A stretch of DNA of 64,000 nt from positions 19,138 through 83,137 of the forward strand of contig NIVC01003682.1 in NCBI GenBank assembly GCA_002269645.1. The letters run 5' to 3'. The position numbers were made by a program, and so were the translations under genes. This stretch comes from Macrostomum lignano (Eukaryota). The notes beneath the pieces were generated by a model. That model saw nothing but the letters and a program-made list of their open reading frames with translations, searched no databases and was not told where the DNA came from. Each line of letters begins with the position of its first letter. Position 1 is the stretch's first letter. Positions 1 to 9,862 of the stretch are shown here, in pieces.

Positions 1-988
1 CCAGGCATTTTAGCAAAAATAAACCTTCAAACCACATAAAATTGAATAAAAAGCAGACATTTTCAATTATAAACCGCAAGTATTTTAATAGAAAAGTAAG
101 CAAACAAGGCACAAAAGCAGCAAATTTTACCTTTTTTATTTTAATGTTACTGTTAAGGTAGAGAGTAGAAACTTGTGAGCTGTACGGAGTTAGAAAGTAT
201 TAACCATTATGTATCGTATGAATTATTAGTTCAGTACCAGCTATTGGTCAAGCGAGCATTTATGAAGTTATTACGAGTGATGAAGGGATAGAGAGCTATA
301 TACAGGAAGACAGTATCCTTCTAAACCACCACGAACAGATTGCTAATACAGATAAGCTTTGTCTGTGTGCAGTATGAGTAAGCGAAGGCGGGGCAAATAC
401 TTTTCCACATGCCGGACAGAACAGTATTGTGCTAGGATTTCTCTCGAAATCGCGGTACGTTACTAGTTTTTATCACACCATCCAGATGCGTCATCTAGTC
501 AGCAGTAGTCATTTATATGTTATTAGAACTTACAAACCCAGGTCAGGTAAATATTACAAAGAGTATATTACGTACACACGCCAACTCCGAATACCAAGCC
601 ATACTAGTCTACTTGCAGTGCTCCTGGAGGGAAGGGACGGTCAAGAGTTACACACCAAGAATGCATTCACACAAAGAGTACACCACTCGAGCCCCGTCCA
701 TGCGCCCCGATATGTATGACGCAGGCAGCCCTCCCGACATGTATGCCGCAGGCGACCCTCCCGACATGTACCCAACATGTATGTCGCAGGCGACCCTACT
801 GACATGTACCCCGACATGTACACCCTACCAAATGGCACTCGAGCCACAGGTGCCAAGCGGCCCCCCGAAATGTACGCCGCGGGCGCCCCCCCCTCCCGAG
901 CCGAAGGTACACTCTTCCAATATGAGTGTACACTCTCCCAATACAAGTGTACACTCTCCCAATATGAGTGTACACTCTCCCGATATGA
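1..988 (+). repeat. Left arm of ~1-kb inverted repeat (may extend beyond window start)
   Basis: 1-988 is the reverse complement of 2613-3598 (starts ccaggcattttagc, partner ends gctaaaatgcctgg). The only differences I saw are two C/G homopolymer lengths. The mirrored ORFs 429..719/2880..3170 confirm it. Confidence 0.95.
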
Positions 989-997
989 TCTCCCGAT

Positions 998-1386
998 TAG
1001 ACATAATTGTACGCATAAATGTACGCAATTTCCGGTATATAGGACCACATGTACGCAAATGTACACAATGTACACAAACAAACACACACACACACACAAA
1101 CACAAACACACACACACACACACACACATACACACACACACACCCTCAGGCGTATTCACAGCAAGAGCTTCCTGCCGATGGCGCCATCGCCTGCGGCGAT
1201 CGGCGCTGCAGGATGCGCTCTGCAGGATACGCCTGAGTGTGTGTGTGTGTGTATGTGTGTGTGTGTGTGTGTGTGTGTTTGTGTTTGTGTGTGTGTGTGT
1301 GTTTGTTTGTGTGCATTGTGTACATTTGCGTACATGTGGTCCTATGTGCCGGAAGTTGCGTACATTTGTGCGTACAATTATGTCTA
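998..1386. repeat. Nested imperfect inverted repeat (~155-bp arms including (CA)n/(TG)n) with GC-rich palindromic loop
   Basis: tagacataattgtacgc...(CA)n-ctcaggcgtat (998-1155) pairs with atacgcctgag-(TG)n...gcgtacaattatgtcta (1227-1386). The loop contains the perfect palindrome cgatggcgccatcg (1176-1189). Confidence 0.9.
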
Positions 1387-2612
1387 TGCGCTACATTGTG
1401 TGTAGTTCGTTGCCCTGCGTTTGTAAATACAGTTTAGTCCGTGCACTGCATTGATGCCTACTTTTGTGTTAGGTACCTGCTTTTTATTAAATACACTGCA
1501 CCAAAAGCAACTTTAATCGGTACATACTGTGTTTTTGTAGAGGTGCCGGTATGCTTTTTAATACATATGTCTTTAGTGTAATTTGGTGTGCTTCAACTTG
1601 GCTCGCGAATCTTGCACTATAGCTCTCTAGTGGAAAGTACTCTTACTTGTGCTGGCTGCAGGTGATAGTAAGGCTTTCTGCTTGACTTCTTTAGTTTACT
1701 TGATGGTTAAATGAGGAGTGGGAGCTGACGCGCCTACCTCGGGGGAGGAATGCAGCCCCACGGTCTGGTGCAGTGCAGCGCTTTCTGTTATCCCTCTCCG
1801 TCCGCACTGTACTTGGTCTCCGCTAGGATCACCCCTTGGGGTTAAGAGTGGGCGGGTCCTTTGTACTCGACCCTGGGTTAAAAACTCGCATTTGGAGGCT
1901 CTGGGGAGAGTTGCAGTGGAGTTCAACAAATTTCTGATAAGATCTCTTGCGGGGGCATGACACTCGTCTCGAAATAATAAAAACCTGAACAAGTGCTGGA
2001 TGCCCTTACTAGTTGGCGGGTTGTTACCTCTACAATTGTGTACTATTTCTGTCAATATTTTCCCCTGCATTATGTCAATATGTGCTACAGCGTGTCATAA
2101 TATGATACTTTACGCACTAATATGTATCATAATTTTCCTGCATTATGCCTGCTTCTGTCTCTACGATGTGTGTATTTTAGCCTATGCATCTACATAATTC
2201 GAATCTACAGTGTGTGCATATGCACCTGCATTATACTTGTATCTACTGTGCGTATGTGTATTTCAACCTATGTTTTACAATATACTAGCATCTACAAGCG
2301 CCTACTACACTAATGAGTAGGTTCTGTGTATTATACCTACTATTTTGTCTATTTCACCTACTTTTCTGCCAAAATATCGATAAAATGCACCTACATTGTG
2401 TGTTTTTGCTGTCCATATGCTTAATTCTATATGTCCGTACACCTATATGTTTCGTAATATGTATTATGCCCTGATATTTACACCTACTGATGTGATTAAT
2501 ATGTGTTTTGCTTACTTTTTACGTAAATATACGCAATTTCACCTACTATAAGTAGTTTTCACTAGCCTAATTTTGTGTTAATAGGTATTGTTGACTACAA
2601 ATCGATGTACAC

Positions 2613-3598
2613 TCATATCGGGAGAGTGTACACTCATATTGGGAGAGTGTACACTTGTATTGGGAGAGTGTACACTCATATTGGAAGAGTGTACCTTCGG
2701 CTCGGGAGGGGGGGCGCCCGCGGCGTACATTTCGGGGGCCGCTTGGCACCTGTGGCTCGAGTGCCATTTGGTAGGGTGTACATGTCGGGGTACATGTCAG
2801 TAGGGTCGCCTGCGACATACATGTTGGGTACATGTCGGGAGGGTCGCCTGCGGCATACATGTCGGGAGGGCTGCCTGCGTCATACATATCGGGGCGCATG
2901 GACGGGGCTCGAGTGGTGTACTCTTTGTGTGAATGCATTCTTGGTGTGTAACTCTTGACCGTCCCTTCCCTCCAGGAGCACTGCAAGTAGACTAGTATGG
3001 CTTGGTATTCGGAGTTGGCGTGTGTACGTAATATACTCTTTGTAATATTTACCTGACCTGGGTTTGTAAGTTCTAATAACATATAAATGACTACTGCTGA
3101 CTAGATGACGCATCTGGATGGTGTGATAAAAACTAGTAACGTACCGCGATTTCGAGAGAAATCCTAGCACAATACTGTTCTGTCCGGCATGTGGAAAAGT
3201 ATTTGCCCCGCCTTCGCTTACTCATACTGCACACAGACAAAGCTTATCTGTATTAGCAATCTGTTCGTGGTGGTTTAGAAGGATACTGTCTTCCTGTATA
3301 TAGCTCTCTATCCCTTCATCACTCGTAATAACTTCATAAATGCTCGCTTGACCAATAGCTGGTACTGAACTAATAATTCATACGATACATAATGGTTAAT
3401 ACTTTCTAACTCCGTACAGCTCACAAGTTTCTACTCTCTACCTTAACAGTAACATTAAAATAAAAAAGGTAAAATTTGCTGCTTTTGTGCCTTGTTTGCT
3501 TACTTTTCTATTAAAATACTTGCGGTTTATAATTGAAAATGTCTGCTTTTTATTCAATTTTATGTGGTTTGAAGGTTTATTTTTGCTAAAATGCCTGG
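2613..3598 (-). repeat. Right arm of ~1-kb inverted repeat
   Basis: Reverse complement of 1-988; spacer 989-2612 is about 1.6 kb. Confidence 0.95.
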
Positions 3599-4894
3599 TT
3601 TCTTATAAAAATTTCTACTCTCGACAATGATTGTGTCAGCTATTTCATTAAAATAACCTACTTTTTGAATAAAACGTTGTATTTAAGCCCCTAGTTTTTT
3701 CAAAACATAATGGAAACCCTCACAACGCCCTTGGAACCTCCTCAAGCAGCTTACATAGAGCATGCAGACCCCGAAACCCCCTCTAGTGTGCCCTGATTTC
3801 AGCGGTCTGACGGTTAACATCTGTATTTTTACACTATATTTTCCTTCATACAGCAATACAGGAGGGTTTGGAAGAGTGAATCTGGCGGGAGAGGGGGCTT
3901 GTGGGGTGATGAGGATGCGTACACACAGTTTAGCCTGTTTTAGCCTACCTTTTGGACTAATATACTTACTATTATTACTACCATTATACCTACTATGTAC
4001 ATACTATTATACTACCCACTATTAAATATGCTGCACTAAAACCAACTTTTGATAATACATAGCGTGTTTTGGTCGATTCTCCCTCACGTCTCTGCGCCTA
4101 CACATGTGCTCTGCTCGCTTTGTTCTCTGTTTGTGTACCTCTCTGTAACGTCTCTGTACGCTCAGACTGGTTTCTCCGTCCCCGCACGCACCTCTACTAA
4201 AGTTTGCTGTTACCTACCCCTACACACTGCTCTCTGTCTCCCTCCGCGCACACCTCTCTGGCCTTGCATGCAACTTGCATGTCTACTCCCCTGTCCTGCC
4301 CTCGCGTGGGTCCCTGTCTATACATGGCTACCGGACCCTACCTCTCTGTGCCTTGCTCGGAACTCTGTCCCAGGCCCCCTTCACACTTCTCTGTCCCGGG
4401 CTGCAACTGGCTACACGCGCCTCTGTTCCCTGCCAGCGTGGCTGCCTACCCCTGCACACTGCTCTCTGTCCCTCCTATCCGCGCCTCTCTATCATCCTAT
4501 TCCTGCAGCTGACCATGCCGTTCAGCTCTGTCCACGCACGGCTCCACCCCTGCCCGTGTCTCACTGTACCGCCCTGTGTGGCTCCCTTACCCTGCGCGTT
4601 TGCTTCCTATCTCCCTCCTGCTCCATATGTTTCTGTTCCCTCACACTACGCACGCGTGGCCTGCTCTCTGTCCATACACATCTCTGCTCCTCCATTCTAT
4701 CCTCGCGTGGCCCCTTGACTGTTCGCATGCCCCTGCATACCCTGCCTGCCTCTCTGTCCCCTGCAACTGGGGAGGGAGCTCTCTATCCTCTGTACGGCTC
4801 TCTCTGTGGGTGTGTGTGTGACTCACACTGTCTCTCTGTCCTAGCATGCGCCTCTCTATCCGGCTCCTGCAGCAGGCTGTGTTATTCACATCTC

Positions 4895-5092
4895 TTTCCA
4901 CCCACCCTCTGCCCGTACACGCTCACTGTACAGGGCTGCGTCAGCATCGGGGTTAAAACTTCTCGCTCCCTATGCTTCAACAGTATAACAACCTAGTGGC
5001 TGGTTCTCTGTCCGCCCCACCCCTCTCTGCCCGTACACGCTCACTGTACAGGGCTGCATCAGCATCAGGGTTAAAACTTCTCGCTCCCTATA
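4895..5092 (+). repeat. Partial tandem duplication, ~125-bp period
   Basis: ctctgcccgtacacgctcactgtacagggctgc...ggggttaaaacttctcgctccctat occurs twice. Confidence 0.8.
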
Positions 5093-5231
5093 CCCCCAAA
5101 CCGTGTAGTGGCCTAGTATGGGCGCGACCTGGGTTCGATTTCGCTAGTTGAGATGTGGGTGAGAGAGGGGAAGAGGCTAGGTGGGGGCAGGGCGTGAGGT
5201 ATAGGGTGCCTGCGGGGTACGTATCGTTGAC

Positions 5232-5392
5232 TACATATCGGGAGAGTGTACACCTGTATTGGGCGAGTGTACACCCATATCGGGAGAGTGGGAGAGTGTA
5301 CATATCGGGAGAGTGTACTGGGGAGAGTGTACTGGGGAGAGTGTACCTTTGGCTCGGGAGAGTGTACACTCGGGGCGCCTGCGGCATGGGCG
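5232..5392 (+). repeat. Array of gggagagtgtac(ac) motifs homologous to the inner end of the inverted-repeat arms
   Basis: Same motif and the same downstream gtaccttYggctcgggag...ggggcgccYgcggc as 2613-2725. Confidence 0.85.
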
Positions 5393-5415
5393 TCTGCGGC
5401 TCAGGAGGGTGCGCT

Positions 5416-5522
5416 TGGGATCTGATTGATTTGGGATCTGATTGATTTGGGATCTGATTGATTTGGGATCTGATTGATTTGGGATCTGATTGATTTGGGA
5501 TCTGATTGATTTATTGGGATCT
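5416..5522 (+). repeat. 16-bp tandem repeat (ttgggatctgattgat), ~6 copies
   Basis: Read directly from the sequence. Confidence 0.9.
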
Positions 5523-5703
5523 AATATCGGGAGGGTGCGCCTGCGGCGCTTGGCGCCACGCGCCTGCGGCGCGCGCGCGCCGAGCGCCGATATCGATACG
5601 CGTATCGATCACCTAGTGATCGGGGCGCCAGCCAATGAGAGGCGAGGAGGGTTGACACCCACCCCACCTCCAAAATCAACGGATCTGCCAGTCCATAGTA
5701 GTC

Positions 5704-5766
5704 CTATGGCTGATTATCTTCATCCTATGGCTGATTATCGTCATCCTATGGCTGATTATCTTCATC
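5704..5766 (+). repeat. 21-bp tandem repeat (cctatggctgattatcttcat) x3
   Basis: Read directly; appears as MADYLHP repeats in ORF 5490..6053. Confidence 0.85.
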
Positions 5767-6294
5767 CTTTCGCGGATTTTCTACACAGTAGGAATGCAAA
5801 GCCATTTCTCCGCCCGCAGAACTACCAAAGTAGGGGGCCCCCTAAAACTGCAAACTGCCATCAAGTCACCAGCTTTTCGGACCGCCTAGATAAATATTCA
5901 ACAATTCTGCTAGAAGGGAAGTTTGGATTTTCACATAAGCGCCAGTGTATTCAATACAGCCTCTGTGCGTCAATCAGCACTGCACCTCAGTGCGGCCTTG
6001 CCAAGTCTCTAAATTTCATCAGCACTTCGACCATGTGTCTGCATCAGTTCTGACTTCGTTTCTCACCCGCCTTCAACCAGACAGAGCTTCTGGGCCTTCA
6101 ATATGTTGACACCAGGTGACTATGGACACCTGTTTTGAATTTCTTGGATGTCGCAGATCAAAATTCAATAATGAGCAAACCTCAAGGCTGATGATATAGC
6201 CATGCTAAAAAAAAATTAATAATGTCCACATTGACGTTGATGCTCTCTGATCCCATTTCAATCTTGATTTGCGAGATTCCATTACGACTAAGCC

Positions 6295-7110
6295 ATGACT
6301 CGTACCTGCAATTCCAGCCTCAGCCCCGCCGAGAGCCAGCCAACTCAGCAACAGCAGGCTCTAGATCCAGCCAGCCTTGAGCGCGAGTTCGTACACTCAG
6401 TGTACGACTCCATCGCCGATCATTTCAGCGACACCCGGCACTCGCGCTGGCCCCGCGTGGCCGCTTTTCTAGCGGACCTGCCGCCAGGCTGTCTGCTTTT
6501 AGACATCGGCTGCGGCAACGGCAAGAACATGTTGGCTAGGCGGGATCTGCTAGCTATTGGCTGCGATCGCAGCGTGGCGCTGTGCACCGTGTGCGCTAGC
6601 CGCAGCCTGCCGGTATTCCAAGCCGACGCTTTGCAATTACCATTGCGCAATGCCGTATTCGATGCGGCCGTGTGCATTGCCGTATTGCATCATTTGAGTA
6701 CTAGGGAGCGCCGGTTAGCCGCTATTAAGGAGCTGGCCCGCGTCAGCAGGCCTAACGCGCCGATTCTAATCTACGTGTGGGCTATGGAGCAGCGGCGCAA
6801 TGGCAAAGCATCGGCCTACTTAAAGAAGCCAGAGGAGTCTGACGATGCCGGACAGAGAGGGGAACAGTTGGTTCGCGATGCCCGCACGGGTCTGGGCGTT
6901 CATCGGCCCGGCTCCGAATTCAAATCTGCCGACATGCTGGTGCCTTGGCGCAGCCGATCAGACGAACGATTGCGCTTCTATCACTTGTTTGTTGAAGGCG
7001 AATTAGACCAGCTGTGCACAGATAGCGGCCTGTTCCAACTGATCGAGGCCTACTACGACAATGGCAACTGGTGCGTCCGACTGTTGCGCAACGATGCGCC
7101 TGTCAGCTGA
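6295..7110 (+). CDS. ALKBH8/Trm9-family tRNA wobble-uridine carboxymethyltransferase (methyltransferase domain only), single exon
   Basis: LEREFVHSVYDSIADHFSDTRH, SAM motif LLDIGCGNGK, IGCDRS, CIAVLHH, IYVWAMEQ, DMLVPW, RFYHLFVEGEL and YYDNGNWC match the ALKBH8 C-terminal/Trm9 domain. In-frame TAA lies 2 codons upstream of the ATG. Confidence 0.9.
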   Translation: MTRTCNSSLSPAESQPTQQQQALDPASLEREFVHSVYDSIADHFSDTRHSRWPRVAAFLADLPPGCLLLDIGCGNGKNMLARRDLLAIGCDRSVALCTVCASRSLPVFQADALQLPLRNAVFDAAVCIAVLHHLSTRERRLAAIKELARVSRPNAPILIYVWAMEQRRNGKASAYLKKPEESDDAGQRGEQLVRDARTGLGVHRPGSEFKSADMLVPWRSRSDERLRFYHLFVEGELDQLCTDSGLFQLIEAYYDNGNWCVRLLRNDAPVS

Positions 7111-8610
7111 ATTGCAAGTACTTTTTTTCCGCATTTTCAATTGTCTTCATGCGTTTGTTAACATGATTGATTGATCTAAATTTGTTTGAGTTTTGTGTGA
7201 TGTCGGAGCATATTTTCACTGGTGCATAGATTCCTTTGGTTCATAGATTAATAATACGCAGTTACAAATACGAAAATGTGTGTACAGAACAAAATGAAGT
7301 ATAAAACAATCATTTGTTTTCGCTTACATGTTTTTAATTATTTAACTACAACGCTAGTTTTGGATCGTAGCTTTAGCTTACATGAGAGATTATCTAATTT
7401 TAACTGAATGCAGCTTTAAAAATGTATGCGAAGTACACGCAAAGTTCAGCGCTACATGTACATGTGCAATGAGCCTGTTCGAGCCGCAAAAAATCACGTT
7501 TTCATGAAGATCAGCGAATCTTATGAAGTACTTATGGTTTTCTCGGGGTGGTCTGGTAGGTCTTTGAATCCCACCGCTGCCACCAATGAAGTGGAATGGT
7601 GTTTCTTCCCGGTTTAGGCACATAAGATTACCTTAAGACTCGAGCCTCTTCAGTGGGAAGTTCTCTCAACTCTCAGTAGCGTAGGTAGTGCTGCCACCAG
7701 TTCCTCCAGGTCTCGGCCTTGGATGAGGTGAGCTTCCCGTCGGAACGAAATAAACAAGTCAACGAACTCAGCACAGCGTGCAGATTTGCAGATTAATGAA
7801 CAAGGCGTCCTGATCAGCAGATCCCCGCCGGGCTCAGGGGTGGCTGGGAAGGCAGTGTTAGCCTCCCTTAGGCTTGGGCTTTAGTGGGGTCTCAGTCAGA
7901 CCAGTACAAACGGATTCAGTACGCAAAGGGCACTTAGTTAGACACTGACGCGCACGGGATCTTAGTGAATTCTTCACAGATAAGAAGCCTTTCCTTGACG
8001 GAAACAAGGGAGAGGGGTCCTATTTATAACCGGGAAACACCCACGCACAAGACCTCGTGACCTCGTTCTATTTTTAGAACTGACGTCACTTGAGGGTCTC
8101 CCAGCAGAGTGCACATGGCTGTGACTCAGTTGCTATTTTTAGCAACATTAGTCACTCCTCTCCTTATATTAGAGAAGGGAGGGGGCCGAAAGCATGTGAC
8201 TCTCCCGGTAAACAGGGCCAACAAGTGCAGTAAACATTTTTACTGCACTTTAGGACTCAAGGAACAGAGGATCTGTCATGTGACTCGCTCACATGACAGG
8301 GGAAACAAAGACCGAGCGAAACAGAGACAGCCCACAGCAGAGAAGCTGAGGGCTGAGAAACAAGGGGCAAAACGGGGGGGGGGGGGGCAAACGGCAACCT
8401 AAACCGAGGGACTCTGTGACATCTGCCAGCTTTTCGTCTTTCGAGGAGGCTTTTCCCCCTCCTTTTTCGCTCTGGCCTGGCGTGGAAGCGGCTAGCTTCC
8501 TCGTTTTGGTCTGCTGGTGGAGGACGGATCCCCCCTGCTGCTTTTCTGCAGGGCAGGTGGCTGCTAAGTAGTTGGCCGCTGGCTAAGCGCCAACTACCCA
8601 TCGACAGCCC

Positions 8611-9845
8611 ATGGTTGCAACTGGTACCACACGGGTTCTCGAGGGCCGCTCCTGTGGGGGAGGGCTCGGGCGTCGGCTGTCAACCCGACCTGGCGCCTGT
8701 GTCCCAAGCCCGCAGCCGGCCTCCCGCCCCCTGATCTTGCAGAGTGTGGACCGGGGGCCTGCCGGAGCCTCGCCTGGGAGCAATCCTGGGGAAAGATGGC
8801 AACCCAAAGCCTTCCTGCTGTTCGCCGTGGCAGGGGGTAGCTCCTCGGAGCTGGCTGGGGGTATACCCAGTCCCCGAGCGGTCGGTCTGCCTTTTTCTAA
8901 TTTGTGTTTCTTCTCCGTTTCAGCTTCTATGGATTCTGAACAAAAATCTCTTCTGGCTCGGGAGCCGGCAACTCCCGCGGCCGGGGGTCCGAAAATCCCC
9001 CAACCCTCCAGCTCGGAGGTACTTCTCTCCGCGAACCCCGCGGTTACTACCCTAAGTGGGGCTAATTCGACTCCCACTGGTGGAGATTCTGGTGGTGACA
9101 CAACCACGTACCGCGACAGCGAGGCTAACGCGGCTCCCAGCACTGTCCGCAAGAGGCAGCAGCCTGAGGACCGCACACTTACCCCCAGGACCCGAAGCGC
9201 TCTAAGGGCAGGGGGACAGCCGGCTCCTATGCCAAGGTGGCTGCTGAGCCCCTCCATAAAACCTGCGTCCGTGCGGCCAGCGGGACGCTGAGTGACGCCC
9301 AGATGGAAGGTGCTGTAGCCCTCGTTGACGACTTCCTCTGGGATAACGACCATCTCGGTGTTGAGGTCGAGTCAGTCAGATTCGCCAACGGCAATCTCAT
9401 CCTCGCTTTCAAAAGTGAGGTCCATCTGAGCACTGCCTTAGCCAACCTGCCCAGCATCGACTGGAGTACCTCCACGGCACAGCTCCCGGAGCTGGTCGTT
9501 GAGAAGGCCCGTCCTCCGCCTCCATGTAAGAGGTATAGGGCCTTCTATTCCGGGCACAGGACGATCGAGGAGATCCGTGGTCGTCTTGTCGCCAAGCACC
9601 CCGAGTTGCCTGCGGACGGCCTCCGGGCCTACAAGGAGGTGCCGGCCAAGGACGGCAACGGGAAGACCCTCTACATGGGCCTCTCCGCAGATTGGGAGCG
9701 CCACATGCAAGGCAAAGACCACGCCGCCTACGTTGGGGCATGGAAGTTAGTCTTCCACCTCATCCCTAGGAAGAAGCGCAACGCCGGCGGTGAGCAGCGC
9801 CGAGACGATCCCGAGAGCCCGGATAGCTCTGAGGGCGAGACTTAA
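8611..9845 (+). CDS. LINE ORF1 (gag-like), split by a probable 1-bp deletion in the C run at 9182-9186
   Basis: Restoring one C joins [12 protein letters not shown] to QDPKRSKG...GSYAKVAA (typical ORF1 SYAxVAA motif) and to the C-terminal LYMGLSADW...YVGAWKLVF region, which resembles LOA-type ORF1. Confidence 0.65.
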
Positions 9846-9862
9846 GCTGTTCTCGACCCGCC

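Noticed and set aside
429-2070. ORFs in the inverted-repeat arms and spacer as viral or transposon genes
   Set aside because: No recognisable motifs; much of the length comes from short repeats and (CA)n.
4049-4996. 315-aa ORF
   Set aside because: Low-complexity CT-rich sequence with a non-ATG start and L/C/S/P-biased composition; no domain.
5100-5145. Pol III promoter (TGGCCTAGTATGG...GGTTCGATTTC)
   Set aside because: A-B box spacing is too short for a tRNA-type promoter; at best a deleted remnant.
5416-5522. Telomere-like repeat (TTTGGG within the 16-bp unit)
   Set aside because: The unit is 16 bp, not a TTAGGG-type array, and only six copies are present.
8394-8610. HDV-like ribozyme in the LINE 5' UTR
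   Set aside because: A TCCTCG word and two hairpins (ccctgc/gcaggg; gtagttggc/gccaactac) exist, but I could not build P1/P3 pairings. An RNAmotif search would settle it.
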